From: a virus
Taxonomy: Duplodnaviria; Caudoviricetes
Strand: one strand, 5' to 3'
Virus record (IMG/VR): IMGVR_UViG_3300003937_000295
Coordinates: 1 to 56,040 of that record
Length of the DNA stretch: 56,040 nucleotides
The notes below the pieces were generated by a model. That model saw only the letters and a program-made list of their open reading frames with translations. It did not search any database and was not told the origin of the DNA. Made by a program: the position numbers and the translations under genes. This document shows positions 16,962 through 26,802 of the stretch, one piece after another. Every line of letters begins with the position of its first letter. Within the stretch, counting starts at the first letter, position 1.

Positions 16962-19900
16962 TCAATAAGGCATATTGAACCCGCGTGTCGTGAATGGATA
17001 AGGTGCTCCTGGTTCTACATTATAGTTGAAAGCATTGCCGGTATCATCATAAGTGATGGTGATACCTGTTTGGATACCTGCATTGATTGCAGCACCAATA
17101 GCATCTTGTGCTCTTTCATCAGTATAGAAGAGGTTAGTAGAACCTTCGGAAATATCATCCGTGGTACTAATAACACCTGTTACAACTGTGTTGGGTGATA
17201 CCCAATCAAGAACTCCCCCGCCAGTTGTATGAAGAATGCTATTTGCAGTTCCAACTACTGCTGGTAATGTTAGAGCATAGTTTGCAGAAAGTGTTGGAAC
17301 TTGGAGTCCGACATAGTTACTTCTATTAGATTCAAAAATCCAAACCCTATCTACTGATGCAGTTCCTTTAACATCAAGAGCAGTATTAGCAGTGACAGTA
17401 TTGATACCAACACTTCCATTAATATCAATAATAAATGGTGTTGTATCACTACTAGTATTATCAACTCTTACAATGTTTCCAGAACCACTAGTGGATTTAA
17501 TACGAAGTGCTTCGGTTGTTGTTGAAACAATATCAAGTTTTGCATTAGGAGTAGATGAATTAATACCAATAGAGTTTCCTACAAAGACATCAGTTCCATC
17601 GAAGGTAAAACTACTATTTCCAGCAAAGAACCCACTGTTATTATATTGAATAGAATTCAAAGGCATACCAGGTGATCCAGATCCTGCATTTGTTCCATCA
17701 AAGGTGACACTTGCAATACCTGAAGAATTATAAACTGCAGAAATAGTAATACCAAGTCCAACAAAGTTAATTTCTGTTGCAACACCAACAAAGGTCTTCG
17801 ACAGTCCAATACCAGTAGAAACACCAACATTTAATGGAGATGCATCTACAAAGACGGTTCCAACACCTGCGGTTTGATTATACTCGGTTCTGATAGTTGC
17901 ACCAATACCAGAGCGGAAGTCCAACATAGTTGTGACTCCAAGGAAATTTCTTTCAGAAGCAAATCCAACTCTTGCATCTTCAAAATTTCCAATATATCCG
18001 AAGTTTTCCCACTCATTATTGGTAGTGTAAATCCATCCAGCATAGTTGCTAGATGCAGGAATTCCATTATAAACAATATCTCCAGCGTTTCCTGCTAATA
18101 CAGGAGTGCCAAGACCAACAGAATACTTTCTAGAAACAGTCGTATCTCCTTGTAAGAAGATTGAATTTGCTTCAATGCCCTTTGCGGAAGTTGAAGTAAG
18201 TTTGTTGTTGATGATTAATGGACCATCAAATTCAGAAATAATATTATTATCAGGTCCACCTTCTACTCTAAGTGAACGACTAATAGAAGCTTCTAGTGGA
18301 GAAAGAACATCAAATCCAATATTAACACCGCCAACACCAGGATCTTCTCCTGTTACTGTTGGAACAGGAGCATCAAAGACTTCTTCCTGTCCAGTTGCAG
18401 AATTAACTTTCTTATTACCAGTATAGAAATCTCCATCAGCATTCATCGCAGTGAAGATTGTAATACCACCATCACTCTTTATAGACTGTGAAAGAATTTC
18501 TTCTTGTGGACTGATATTTCTATCTTGTCTTTCTGGGAAAGCAGTAGAGTAGTTACCTGGACCAAACCCAAGATATTCAAACGTATGGGCAGAAGCACGA
18601 ATAAAGGAGTTTCTACGTAATTCAACTGGACTTGGATTGATTCTTCTAACGACAGCACCAGAATTATGTACTGTCTGATCTGTTCCTAAAAGTCCTCTGA
18701 ACACACTTACTGGGTTTGCAGTAACAGTGGACTTAATTCTTACAATTTCATTATCAATTAGTAAGTAATCACCAATGTTAAGGTCAAAGTTTGTTACGTT
18801 TGTAATAGAAATTGTTGCGCTATTTGCAGTTATACCACCGGAAATTGTTGTAGTAATACCTGCATAAGTTGAAACAACTCTGCCACTCGCGCTTTCATTT
18901 GCAGGAACAACTGCACCACCAGCAGAAGCATATGAAGTTGGGTATACAAAACCATTTCCTGCAGTGCCATGAGCGACAGTGCTAATTCCAGAATTAACAG
19001 TGAATGATGTTGAAGAAGCAATAGTCTTGACAACTAGATTCTTATTAAAGAAGTTGTCATCAAATCCACCAATCAATACCTTGTCAGTAACCTTCAATCC
19101 ATGAGGATCAAGAGTAGTGATAGTTGCAATTCCTACAGTATTATTGTATGCGAAAGACTGAATGTTATAAGATTTGCCAGTCAGAATTAAGTTGCCACTT
19201 GTTGCAGTTGCACCAATACCCGTGGTATATGCTGGAGAAATTGTTGATGCAGAAGCAACAGAGATTGCTTTTGGTCCATCAACATCAGTAATTCTATAGA
19301 GAGTATTATATTGACCAAAACTACTTGGAGCAATATCACTGACACTTGCAACATCACCAATGTTACTATAAATGCCGCTAACAGTCAGAACTGCTCCAGT
19401 ATTGCCAGTTGTAGTTCCAACACCAACAACAGAAAGTGTATTACCAACACCATATGCACTACCACCGTCAATAATCTTCAGGGAAGAAATTACTCCACCA
19501 CTTACAGTGATTCTTGCAGTTGCGTGAGAACCAGTGGTAGAACCAGCAAAACCAACTAACTGTGCATTATAATAGTTACCATTAACATAAGCACTACCAG
19601 CACTAGTAATCGTCAGTCCAGTAATTCTATTGAAACCGTGGTCAAGAGTGGTGTGAATAGTATGAGTGGTTCCAGCAGCGCCAGAAGAAATATCAGTAAG
19701 TCCAATACCAACACCATAATCTACCAGTTGATTACTTACAGTTTCTTTAGTGATAGAATTTTGTGGTTCATTAATAACAACTTGACCAATATTATTCGAA
19801 ACTGCAAATGAACGTGCTGCTTGTGGGTCAGACTTTGGATTATCTCTGTTCAACTGTGGATACAGAGATTGAATTGGTTGAGAGAATCTAGAAGATGTAA

Positions 19901-22817
19901 ACGGATCAACTGTAGGAGAGTTAGAAGAGTTGAGAACTAACAGGTGATAGATACCATCTCGTTGATTTGGAATATACTCTTGAATCTCCTGAGTTCTATA
20001 GATGTAGAACGTTCCAGAAGTTTTCTTTTTCTTAAAGTATGGAAGAGAAGTTGTTCTATTAGAAGTATTATTTGTAAATGTTCCGGGGTCAGTTGTCAGA
20101 GAAACACTAAAGTGCTTGGTACTACTAATACCAGCAACCGCAAATGTTCCATTAAATGCGGAGTTTGCAACACCAGTAGTGTTTTTGGTACTGGTGATAT
20201 TAAGAATTTCAACTTCAGAACCAATTGTAAGATCGTGAGGAATCTCAGTAATTATATTTGCAGTATTACTGGACCAAGTTGCATCTGCAATGTGTCTTGG
20301 ATTTCTAAGCTGAGTTGAATCAGAAAGTGTCTGTGCAGTAGGATTGTATAAGAATCCAACTTCTGTATCAGTTGCACCAATAGAAGTATTAGATTGTTGA
20401 AGTACATATCCATCTAAAGGTGGACGTGCAGTTATACTTGCATTAGAAGGAATAACATAACGAACACGATAAACCGTGTCAATCAATCCTCTTTCATCAG
20501 GAATTCTCTTAATGAAAGATCTTGAAGTTGCATCACCAAGAGAAGTTGAACCCAAACCAACAATTGCATTATATAATCCCTGCTCAGTTGTTGCGGTAGC
20601 AACATTCACATACCATTGTGAAGCAGAAGTATCGTATTGGATTGGATGTCCAAGATCACCTGACTTCTTATCGGATACTCTACTTTCTACCTTAAGAATA
20701 CCACCTTTATTGTTGATGATGATTTCAGTATCAGATAGAGCATTATTTAAAGTTTCTGCGATTTTAATCTGGTCAGCGTTGACTCCAGAGGTAATTGCAA
20801 AGTAAATAGAATTATTAGTAATTCCATCTGGAAGTTGTCCGTTTTCGCTAATTATACGGATATTTTCACCGTTAATTAAATTATGATTGGCATCAAAGGT
20901 AAGAGTATTTGAAGTAATGCTATTGATACCAGCAGAACTTTTACCTACATTAGATACTTTTTTGGAAGAGACTTCAGTTCCAGAGTATTCAGTATTCGGC
21001 ATAATGATACGTGCCGAATATGAAGTAGAAACACCACTATTTGAAATTAATACATTAAGTGTATCGTTCTCTTTTGCACCAATTCTAAAACCATCAACAG
21101 TGTGGTCAGGATTTACTGCAGAGTTTGTTTGATTGTAAAGGTACATTCTGCTAGTATTAGCAAAACCTACGACCTTTTTAACATCAATCGAATTAAACTC
21201 AACGCTCTTTTCTGTAGACTCAATTTCTCTTGGAGAAATTATATGAGTGATATATCCAAAATCGTCTCTAGAAAACGCATTTTTCTTAAATCCAGATGCT
21301 TTCAATGCAACTGAACCAAAGTTTGAGTTAGAGTTGTTAATTGATTGGTCGCCACCACTATCAGATATGAACTGTTCTGCAAAACCAATAGCAAATACAG
21401 AAACTACCTGAATGTATCCATCATTTGAAGTTTTAATGTGGAAGTTTGAATAATCTAGTTTGTAACGAGCTGCCGAATCTGTTGATAATGAATCATTTCC
21501 AGATACAGTATAATCTTCGTAGATTCCAGAAGTTGAATTATATTTTACGAATGCTTTATTATCTTTCTGAATACCAATACCAGTAAACTGAGCAACCATC
21601 ATAGATTTGAATCCAGATGCTTTGTTGCCATCGGCATGGAGACCACACATACCATACACAGATCTTATAGAGATATTAAAGATATATGGTGATGCAGAAG
21701 TAACGGTATCTACAGAAACATTTGCAGTTGCATTAGTTACTGTAGGTAGTGCATTACTTGGTGGGTTTTGTACTTTATATTGAATATTCGTTGAATCTAC
21801 TTTATTAAAGACAACATATTGTCCATCATATCCAGCAGAACCTACTCCATTAATTCTGATAGGAGTATCGGTGTCAAATTGTTTTGCTGTTTCATCAAGA
21901 GTGACTGTAATGGTAGTAGTTGAAGTTGCACCATCACCTGCTCTAATACTAGTGATACCGACTTCAGTTCCTCTAGAACCAACAATACGATATTCGTCAA
22001 TCTTAGGTTGAATATCCAGACTGGAAGAAGGATAATCTGGTTCAATTTTACGACCAGAAGAAGGTCCATAAGCAATACCAATCTTCTCATAATACATTTT
22101 AAGGTCAGTTCTATCAGTAGAATAATCACTGATAAAATCATCATTAATACTTACATTATTTGTGCCATCAGCATACTCGAAACCAGTGAGTTTATGGTGA
22201 GAAAAGTTAGGAACAAAAACATTTGTAGTGTAATCTTTGTAGCAGATATCATTTGGATCAGCATCCAGAATGCTAAACTGCCAGAAATAACAACCACCAG
22301 TTACACGGAAAACTGCAGACCTTTCAATATTTGCATTTTCTGGATTTGGAACGTACCTTGGTCGTATAATTGTCTTACGAAGGTCCATACCAACGATAGA
22401 CGTGCCACGGGGAACGATAACACCGCCGTGAATACTATTCAGTTTATATAATGCATTATTTTCAAGAGAAAGATCAAATTGAGTCTGCAAATCAAACGGA
22501 TTAAAATCATTAGACGTTAAACCATTTCGCAATCGAAAATTATTTACTCCATCAGGAATCCATCCAGGTCTGTTATCGACAACGTGGTCGCCTGGATATA
22601 ATATGATAGTAGTTTTGTTGAACCTATCATTATCTAATCCTTTCTGATATGAGAAACGTGATGCTTCAATCAGTGCTCTTTGAATAGTTTTGAAAGGTCT
22701 AGTTAAACTATTACCCTGGTTTTCAATACTATCTGTGGCATCGATACTATTTGGATCAACGTAAATAATAGTTCCGCGAACCGATTTCAGAAAATTATCT
22801 AATCTGGAAAGACCCAT
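16962..22817 (-). CDS. Large virion structural protein (1951 aa)
   Basis: MGLSRLDNFLK start, PFKTIQRALIE pectin-lyase-like N-terminus, beta-rich repeats; conserved cyanomyovirus type. Confidence 0.8.
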   Translation of the reverse strand: MGLSRLDNFLKSVRGTIIYVDPNSIDATDSIENQGNSLTRPFKTIQRALIEASRFSYQKGLDNDRFNKTTIILYPGDHVVDNRPGWIPDGVNNFRLRNGLTSNDFNPFDLQTQFDLSLENNALYKLNSIHGGVIVPRGTSIVGMDLRKTIIRPRYVPNPENANIERSAVFRVTGGCYFWQFSILDADPNDICYKDYTTNVFVPNFSHHKLTGFEYADGTNNVSINDDFISDYSTDRTDLKMYYEKIGIAYGPSSGRKIEPDYPSSSLDIQPKIDEYRIVGSRGTEVGITSIRAGDGATSTTTITVTLDETAKQFDTDTPIRINGVGSAGYDGQYVVFNKVDSTNIQYKVQNPPSNALPTVTNATANVSVDTVTSASPYIFNISIRSVYGMCGLHADGNKASGFKSMMVAQFTGIGIQKDNKAFVKYNSTSGIYEDYTVSGNDSLSTDSAARYKLDYSNFHIKTSNDGYIQVVSVFAIGFAEQFISDSGGDQSINNSNSNFGSVALKASGFKKNAFSRDDFGYITHIISPREIESTEKSVEFNSIDVKKVVGFANTSRMYLYNQTNSAVNPDHTVDGFRIGAKENDTLNVLISNSGVSTSYSARIIMPNTEYSGTEVSSKKVSNVGKSSAGINSITSNTLTFDANHNLINGENIRIISENGQLPDGITNNSIYFAITSGVNADQIKIAETLNNALSDTEIIINNKGGILKVESRVSDKKSGDLGHPIQYDTSASQWYVNVATATTEQGLYNAIVGLGSTSLGDATSRSFIKRIPDERGLIDTVYRVRYVIPSNASITARPPLDGYVLQQSNTSIGATDTEVGFLYNPTAQTLSDSTQLRNPRHIADATWSSNTANIITEIPHDLTIGSEVEILNITSTKNTTGVANSAFNGTFAVAGISSTKHFSVSLTTDPGTFTNNTSNRTTSLPYFKKKKTSGTFYIYRTQEIQEYIPNQRDGIYHLLVLNSSNSPTVDPFTSSRFSQPIQSLYPQLNRDNPKSDPQAARSFAVSNNIGQVVINEPQNSITKETVSNQLVDYGVGIGLTDISSGAAGTTHTIHTTLDHGFNRITGLTITSAGSAYVNGNYYNAQLVGFAGSTTGSHATARITVSGGVISSLKIIDGGSAYGVGNTLSVVGVGTTTGNTGAVLTVSGIYSNIGDVASVSDIAPSSFGQYNTLYRITDVDGPKAISVASASTISPAYTTGIGATATSGNLILTGKSYNIQSFAYNNTVGIATITTLDPHGLKVTDKVLIGGFDDNFFNKNLVVKTIASSTSFTVNSGISTVAHGTAGNGFVYPTSYASAGGAVVPANESASGRVVSTYAGITTTISGGITANSATISITNVTNFDLNIGDYLLIDNEIVRIKSTVTANPVSVFRGLLGTDQTVHNSGAVVRRINPSPVELRRNSFIRASAHTFEYLGFGPGNYSTAFPERQDRNISPQEEILSQSIKSDGGITIFTAMNADGDFYTGNKKVNSATGQEEVFDAPVPTVTGEDPGVGGVNIGFDVLSPLEASISRSLRVEGGPDNNIISEFDGPLIINNKLTSTSAKGIEANSIFLQGDTTVSRKYSVGLGTPVLAGNAGDIVYNGIPASSNYAGWIYTTNNEWENFGYIGNFEDARVGFASERNFLGVTTMLDFRSGIGATIRTEYNQTAGVGTVFVDASPLNVGVSTGIGLSKTFVGVATEINFVGLGITISAVYNSSGIASVTFDGTNAGSGSPGMPLNSIQYNNSGFFAGNSSFTFDGTDVFVGNSIGINSSTPNAKLDIVSTTTEALRIKSTSGSGNIVRVDNTSSDTTPFIIDINGSVGINTVTANTALDVKGTASVDRVWIFESNRSNYVGLQVPTLSANYALTLPAVVGTANSILHTTGGGVLDWVSPNTVVTGVISTTDDISEGSTNLFYTDERAQDAIGAAINAGIQTGITITYDDTGNAFNYNVEPGAPYPFTTRGFNMPY

Positions 22818-22847
22818 CTTATTACTACTTATAGTTCCGTTATAGAT

Positions 22848-22854
22848 TATTTAT
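22848..22854 (-). promoter_or_regulatory. T4-type late promoter
   Basis: ATAAATA upstream of the 1951-aa gene. Confidence 0.65.
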
Positions 22855-22858
22855 CCAT

Positions 22859-22885
22859 AAAAAAACCTCTTTAAAAAAGAGGTTT
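22859..22885 (-). terminator. Intrinsic terminator
   Basis: AAACCTCTTT-loop-AAAGAGGTTT plus T run. Confidence 0.7.
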
Positions 22886-22993
22886 AGAATGCACAATGTG
22901 CCACTATTCACACGGAAGGAAACTATATTATACCATAACTCTCCTTATCCCACAAGATCTCAAGTTTTTTTATTTACTCTATCAATATAAAAA

Positions 22994-23158
22994 TCACTCT
23001 TCACTATTCAAAATATACTCTACAGTATTTGCAACATCATTCATTGCATCACGGAGTTCTTCTTGACCACCAGAGTGTTGCTCCAAGTTCTCTAGAGGAT
23101 CGGTAAGTGTCCATCTCCACTGATTTATACATTTGTTATACCAAAGATTTATAATCAT
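22994..23158 (-). CDS. Hypothetical protein, 54 aa
   Basis: Hand translation MIINLWYNKCINQWRWTLTD..DAMNDVANTVEYIL; AAGGAG SD; below ORF-track cutoff. Confidence 0.65.
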   Translation of the reverse strand: MIINLWYNKCINQWRWTLTDPLENLEQHSGGQEELRDAMNDVANTVEYILNSEE

Positions 23159-23240
23159 AGAATCTCCTTTATAATCTAATTAGCAGATTAATCTTTTTTG
23201 AAAATTTTACTCTAACTCACTAATTGTTTATCCACGAATA

Positions 23241-23325
23241 TAGGAGTAGGGGGACTTGAACCCCCACGACCTTAATGGTCAACAGATTTTAAGTCTGGTG
23301 CGTCTACCGATTCCGCCACACTCCC
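23241..23325 (-). tRNA. tRNA-Leu (anticodon UAA), CCA not encoded
   Basis: GGGAGTG/TACTCCT acceptor stem, TGGCGGAATCGGTAGACGC D arm, CAGA-CTTAAAA-TCTG anticodon arm, long variable arm, GGGGGTTCAAGTCCCCC T arm. Confidence 0.95.
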
Positions 23326-23478
23326 ATCAGGATTGTAGATTGGAGGATGAAATGCACAATACTCATTGAATGTGATTTTCATTTCCTTCTCAGTAAGGTT
23401 AGCATTTTTTGCTGCCTTTGGTAAGTTCCATTTTGCGGACCAAAGATTTTCCATTGATTCGCGTGTTTCGGGTCTCAT
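23272..23478 (-). CDS. Conserved cyanophage hypothetical protein; 3' end overlaps tRNA
   Basis: ATGA-type overlap with upstream gene; WNLPKAAK..LTEKEMKITFNEYC. Confidence 0.65.
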   Translation of the reverse strand: MRPETRESMENLWSAKWNLPKAAKNANLTEKEMKITFNEYCAFHPPIYNPDGSVAESVDAPDLKSVDH

Positions 23479-23657
23479 AATGGAGATGCATACGCAAGTG
23501 TGTCTTCATCAAGCACAGCACGACATAGTTCCAGCACACCCATGAACTGGTCTATGGTTTCACAGTTAACAACCTTCTCGTCACCTTGCCCAGAGTACAG
23601 ATAGAACTTACGTTTTACGGGATCTACAACGCATCGTGTGAGGTAGTCGTCTTGCAT
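23475..23657 (-). CDS. Conserved cyanophage hypothetical protein
   Basis: Directly follows a strong sigma70 promoter. Confidence 0.65.
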   Translation of the reverse strand: MQDDYLTRCVVDPVKRKFYLYSGQGDEKVVNCETIDQFMGVLELCRAVLDEDTLAYASPL

Positions 23658-23680
23658 GGGGTTCGTTTGATTACTTGCTT

Positions 23681-23709
23681 ATTATAGAGCATCCAGGGGG
23701 TGTTGTCAA
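23681..23709 (-). promoter_or_regulatory. Sigma70 consensus (early) promoter
   Basis: TTGACA-N17-TATAAT perfect. Confidence 0.85.
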
Positions 23710-24335
23710 TAGTCAAATCCAGAGATAGAGAATTGGTCTTTGCTGCCTGGATAGTCCGCTGGTGTTTCACCCTCATACTCAACGATGAGTTTCTCACCAT
23801 CAATACGGGATGCTTGAATAGTATAATAACAGTCAATGGCAGATGCGTTTCCAGACCTCACTTTTACCTTTGTTCCCCAGTCTTCGAGACCATCTATAAT
23901 TAAGTCTTGTGATGAACCTATCTGAGTAAGGGAAACTGTAATGGATTCAAGATCAATAAGTCCTTTCCAGTAGGATGGCAATTCAATTGTACTTGAACCA
24001 GTCAATCTACCTCGAATATAAACACCTGCTTCTGGTCCTTCTAGACAAATATGACGCAGACGATGATCTTCTTTATTTGGGTGCTTAATGTCAAATCCTT
24101 TCCAAGACTGAACGTTGATTGATCCATTAAAAGTAGATGCAGTTACATTATTAGTAACTTGTAGGTTATCAAATTTTCCATTAGCTTGAAGAAATCTTTC
24201 ACAAGCATCTTCAGGATAATCTTCATCTCCTGTAGTTGTTCTATGAATATAGTCAAAGTCAGGATGTTTGGTTCCTACAATAGGTTCATCGCAGTTTTTA
24301 TTACCTATCAATCTTTCTTCAAAATTTTCAGGCAT
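23706..24335 (-). CDS. Baseplate-associated protein with chaperone-like C-terminal domain
   Basis: FDIKHP..RLRHICLEGPE..RGR; paralogue of neighbouring gene. Confidence 0.65.
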   Translation of the reverse strand: MPENFEERLIGNKNCDEPIVGTKHPDFDYIHRTTTGDEDYPEDACERFLQANGKFDNLQVTNNVTASTFNGSINVQSWKGFDIKHPNKEDHRLRHICLEGPEAGVYIRGRLTGSSTIELPSYWKGLIDLESITVSLTQIGSSQDLIIDGLEDWGTKVKVRSGNASAIDCYYTIQASRIDGEKLIVEYEGETPADYPGSKDQFSISGFDY

Positions 24336-25135
24336 TATTCACTCTCCTTTTTATCATAGTGGTAACCAGAAACTGAATACTCATCATTGTTTCCAGGATA
24401 ATCTGCTGGACTTTCTCCAAGATACTCAACAATTAGTTTTTCTCCATCCTTTCTTTCTGCAAAGATTTGATAGAAGCAATCAATTGGCATATTACCTTTC
24501 GACTGAAGATATACTTTCTGCTCGTCCCATCTCTTTACAATTACATCCTGATGAGATCCAATAGGAGTTAATGTAATTGTAAATGAGTTCTCATCTACAA
24601 GTCCTTTCCAATATGAAGGCAATTCAATCTCTCTTTTCCCTGATATTCTACCGCGTGTGTAAACATCGTTTGATGGACCTTCAGGGCAGGTGTGGCGCAG
24701 TCTCCAACCCTCTCTCATTGGATGAGGAATATCAAAGTTTTTCTTTGCAGATAAGATGTGTCCACCACAACGTGACATCACTTCACCCTGTGCAACAATA
24801 TCTTTACCAGCAGCAATACTTACTGATACATCAAGGTTATCTAGAATAGCAGCATCACCAATGACACCCAAAGAATATGGATTATTAAGACCAGTGCAGA
24901 GAGCACCAGGAATAATAGGTGATTCTGATTGATTATTCTCAAGTGTACCAACCATTAAGGTAGCCCAACGTGAAGGAAAATCCCCATCCTTCCCAATTTG
25001 AACTGGACCTTGTAAATATGCAGCACCAGTAATGGGTTGTCCAACAGTATCTACAATAGGTCTCGGTTTTGATCCTTCACTAGTTACATATAATGGTCCA
25101 GATAGATTTTCTGGTCCGTGGTGTACTGAACTCAT
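24335..25135 (-). CDS. Baseplate-associated protein with chaperone-like C-terminal domain
   Basis: FDIPHP..RLRHTCPEGP..RGR. Confidence 0.65.
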   Translation of the reverse strand: MSSVHHGPENLSGPLYVTSEGSKPRPIVDTVGQPITGAAYLQGPVQIGKDGDFPSRWATLMVGTLENNQSESPIIPGALCTGLNNPYSLGVIGDAAILDNLDVSVSIAAGKDIVAQGEVMSRCGGHILSAKKNFDIPHPMREGWRLRHTCPEGPSNDVYTRGRISGKREIELPSYWKGLVDENSFTITLTPIGSHQDVIVKRWDEQKVYLQSKGNMPIDCFYQIFAERKDGEKLIVEYLGESPADYPGNNDEYSVSGYHYDKKESE

Positions 25136-25143
25136 AGTTTTAA

Positions 25144-25716
25144 TTATCCTTCAAATTTACTTGTATCAATTGAAGTTGAAAAAGAGGTTGTACCTAATAG
25201 TTTCTCGCCAACTCCACTTAATTTCTCAAACGTATTAGCGTAAGTTTTCATAATATTTATTGCTGTCATTTGAACTGTTCCATCAGAAATAACATTGAAC
25301 AGTTCATCAGCAGTAATATCAACTTTTCTAGAAATTAAGTTTACACTCTCATTTCCATCAATTGTAATATTTCCATTTTTATTATCGCTTCCTTTTGCAA
25401 TAATGTCAATATTCTCCGCTTCCATGCGGATACGACCCTTTGTTTTGATAACAATATCACCACTCTTGGCATCAAAATACATTGCAGGTTGCCCTTTCGG
25501 AACAATGTCTCCAGAAACAACTTGATATCTTCCTCTACATCTAGAACTAATCCACCCCTCTCTTGGAGCAGTCTGGTCTATTGTGATGTAATCTTTTGCC
25601 TTCTGTCCGTGCAACAAAAGAGAAGATTTTACCTGGTCTTCATGAATATGTCCAAATACAATAGAACCGTCTTTGGTATTTTTTACTTTGGTCTCGTAAT
25701 TTATTGACTTTGCCAT
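25144..25716 (-). CDS. Spike/beta-helix-like baseplate protein
   Basis: GDIVIK..GRIRMEAENIDI..GNITIDGNE repeats; located after gp5-like gene. Confidence 0.55.
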   Translation of the reverse strand: MAKSINYETKVKNTKDGSIVFGHIHEDQVKSSLLLHGQKAKDYITIDQTAPREGWISSRCRGRYQVVSGDIVPKGQPAMYFDAKSGDIVIKTKGRIRMEAENIDIIAKGSDNKNGNITIDGNESVNLISRKVDITADELFNVISDGTVQMTAINIMKTYANTFEKLSGVGEKLLGTTSFSTSIDTSKFEG

Positions 25717-26792
25717 TAGACTTTACCTACACAATCGATAACTTGAATAATTTGTGCTCCATCTGGAATCTCATCTATTGTTTCTGGATCAACAACTCTA
25801 AAAACAGGTTTGAATTCTGCATTATATCCAGTGTCAGACACAACTTCAATAGTTGGGATATCATTAAATCCTACTCCAGGTTCTTTAATTCTAACTCCAG
25901 TGACAGAATCTCCTACAATAATTGGTTCTAATACCGCACCATTATCAGGAGTGACGCTAATAGTATCACCAGGTTCATATCCAAATCCAGGATCTGATAC
26001 TATAACATCACCAATTTCAAGGATAACTGGATATTGTTGTGAAGTTTGAGGAAAGTTTTGAGTGTCATCTCTATCAGGAGTTACTCTTGGTGGAAAGTAT
26101 ATAGCAGTATTATCTGGAGGATTAACACCTTCTGGTACTACAACATAGGTTCCATCAGTAGTAATAATGTATCCTTCGTCTGGTTCTGCCCAGACGGTTT
26201 CATTACCACCAAAACTTCCATCTGGTCTATCAATATAACCATCACCAGGAGTATCTGCAACTACACTAATCACACCAATTTCTGGATTGTTTGTAACTGG
26301 ATTTAATACAGTAGGATTTCCATTTCTACCATCAAGTGGTCCAATGATTGCTGTTGCTGCAGCACCTTGACCTTTCCCACATTCATCTATCAGTTCAACA
26401 TATGGAGGACTTAAAAAACCTCTCCCCGGATCTACAATATCAAAACCAATAATGGAATTTGAATTTGGACTAATAATTGCATTAGCAATAGCACCAAGAC
26501 CATTACCACCAAATATTTTTACTTTTGGTGGACCACAAGATTGTGGAGATGTTGGACAAGGTGGACCTTGAGGTAATAGATTCTTTGGGTCTAAATTAAT
26601 AACTTGATTTATTCCAAGTTCACTAAGACTACCATTACCATTTCTATGAAAGAATTTAGTTCCAGGATTCAGTTTTTCAACTTCAAGTGCCTGATCTTGA
26701 GTGGCATCCTTTACTAAAGTTCCATCAGTATCATAGTATGACACCTTAACTGAACTTCTTGGTATAAATTTTTGTAGATCTAAAAGTGACAT
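25716..26792 (-). CDS. Baseplate-associated structural protein
   Basis: I.DPGxGY/F beta repeats; ends IQVIDCVG. Confidence 0.65.
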   Translation of the reverse strand: MSLLDLQKFIPRSSVKVSYYDTDGTLVKDATQDQALEVEKLNPGTKFFHRNGNGSLSELGINQVINLDPKNLLPQGPPCPTSPQSCGPPKVKIFGGNGLGAIANAIISPNSNSIIGFDIVDPGRGFLSPPYVELIDECGKGQGAAATAIIGPLDGRNGNPTVLNPVTNNPEIGVISVVADTPGDGYIDRPDGSFGGNETVWAEPDEGYIITTDGTYVVVPEGVNPPDNTAIYFPPRVTPDRDDTQNFPQTSQQYPVILEIGDVIVSDPGFGYEPGDTISVTPDNGAVLEPIIVGDSVTGVRIKEPGVGFNDIPTIEVVSDTGYNAEFKPVFRVVDPETIDEIPDGAQIIQVIDCVGKV

Positions 26793-26802
26793 TTATATTC
26801 TC

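Noticed and set aside
23706-25135. Tandem paralogues as a novel duplication
   Set aside because: Diverged pair that I recognise as a usual cyanomyovirus baseplate-region arrangement
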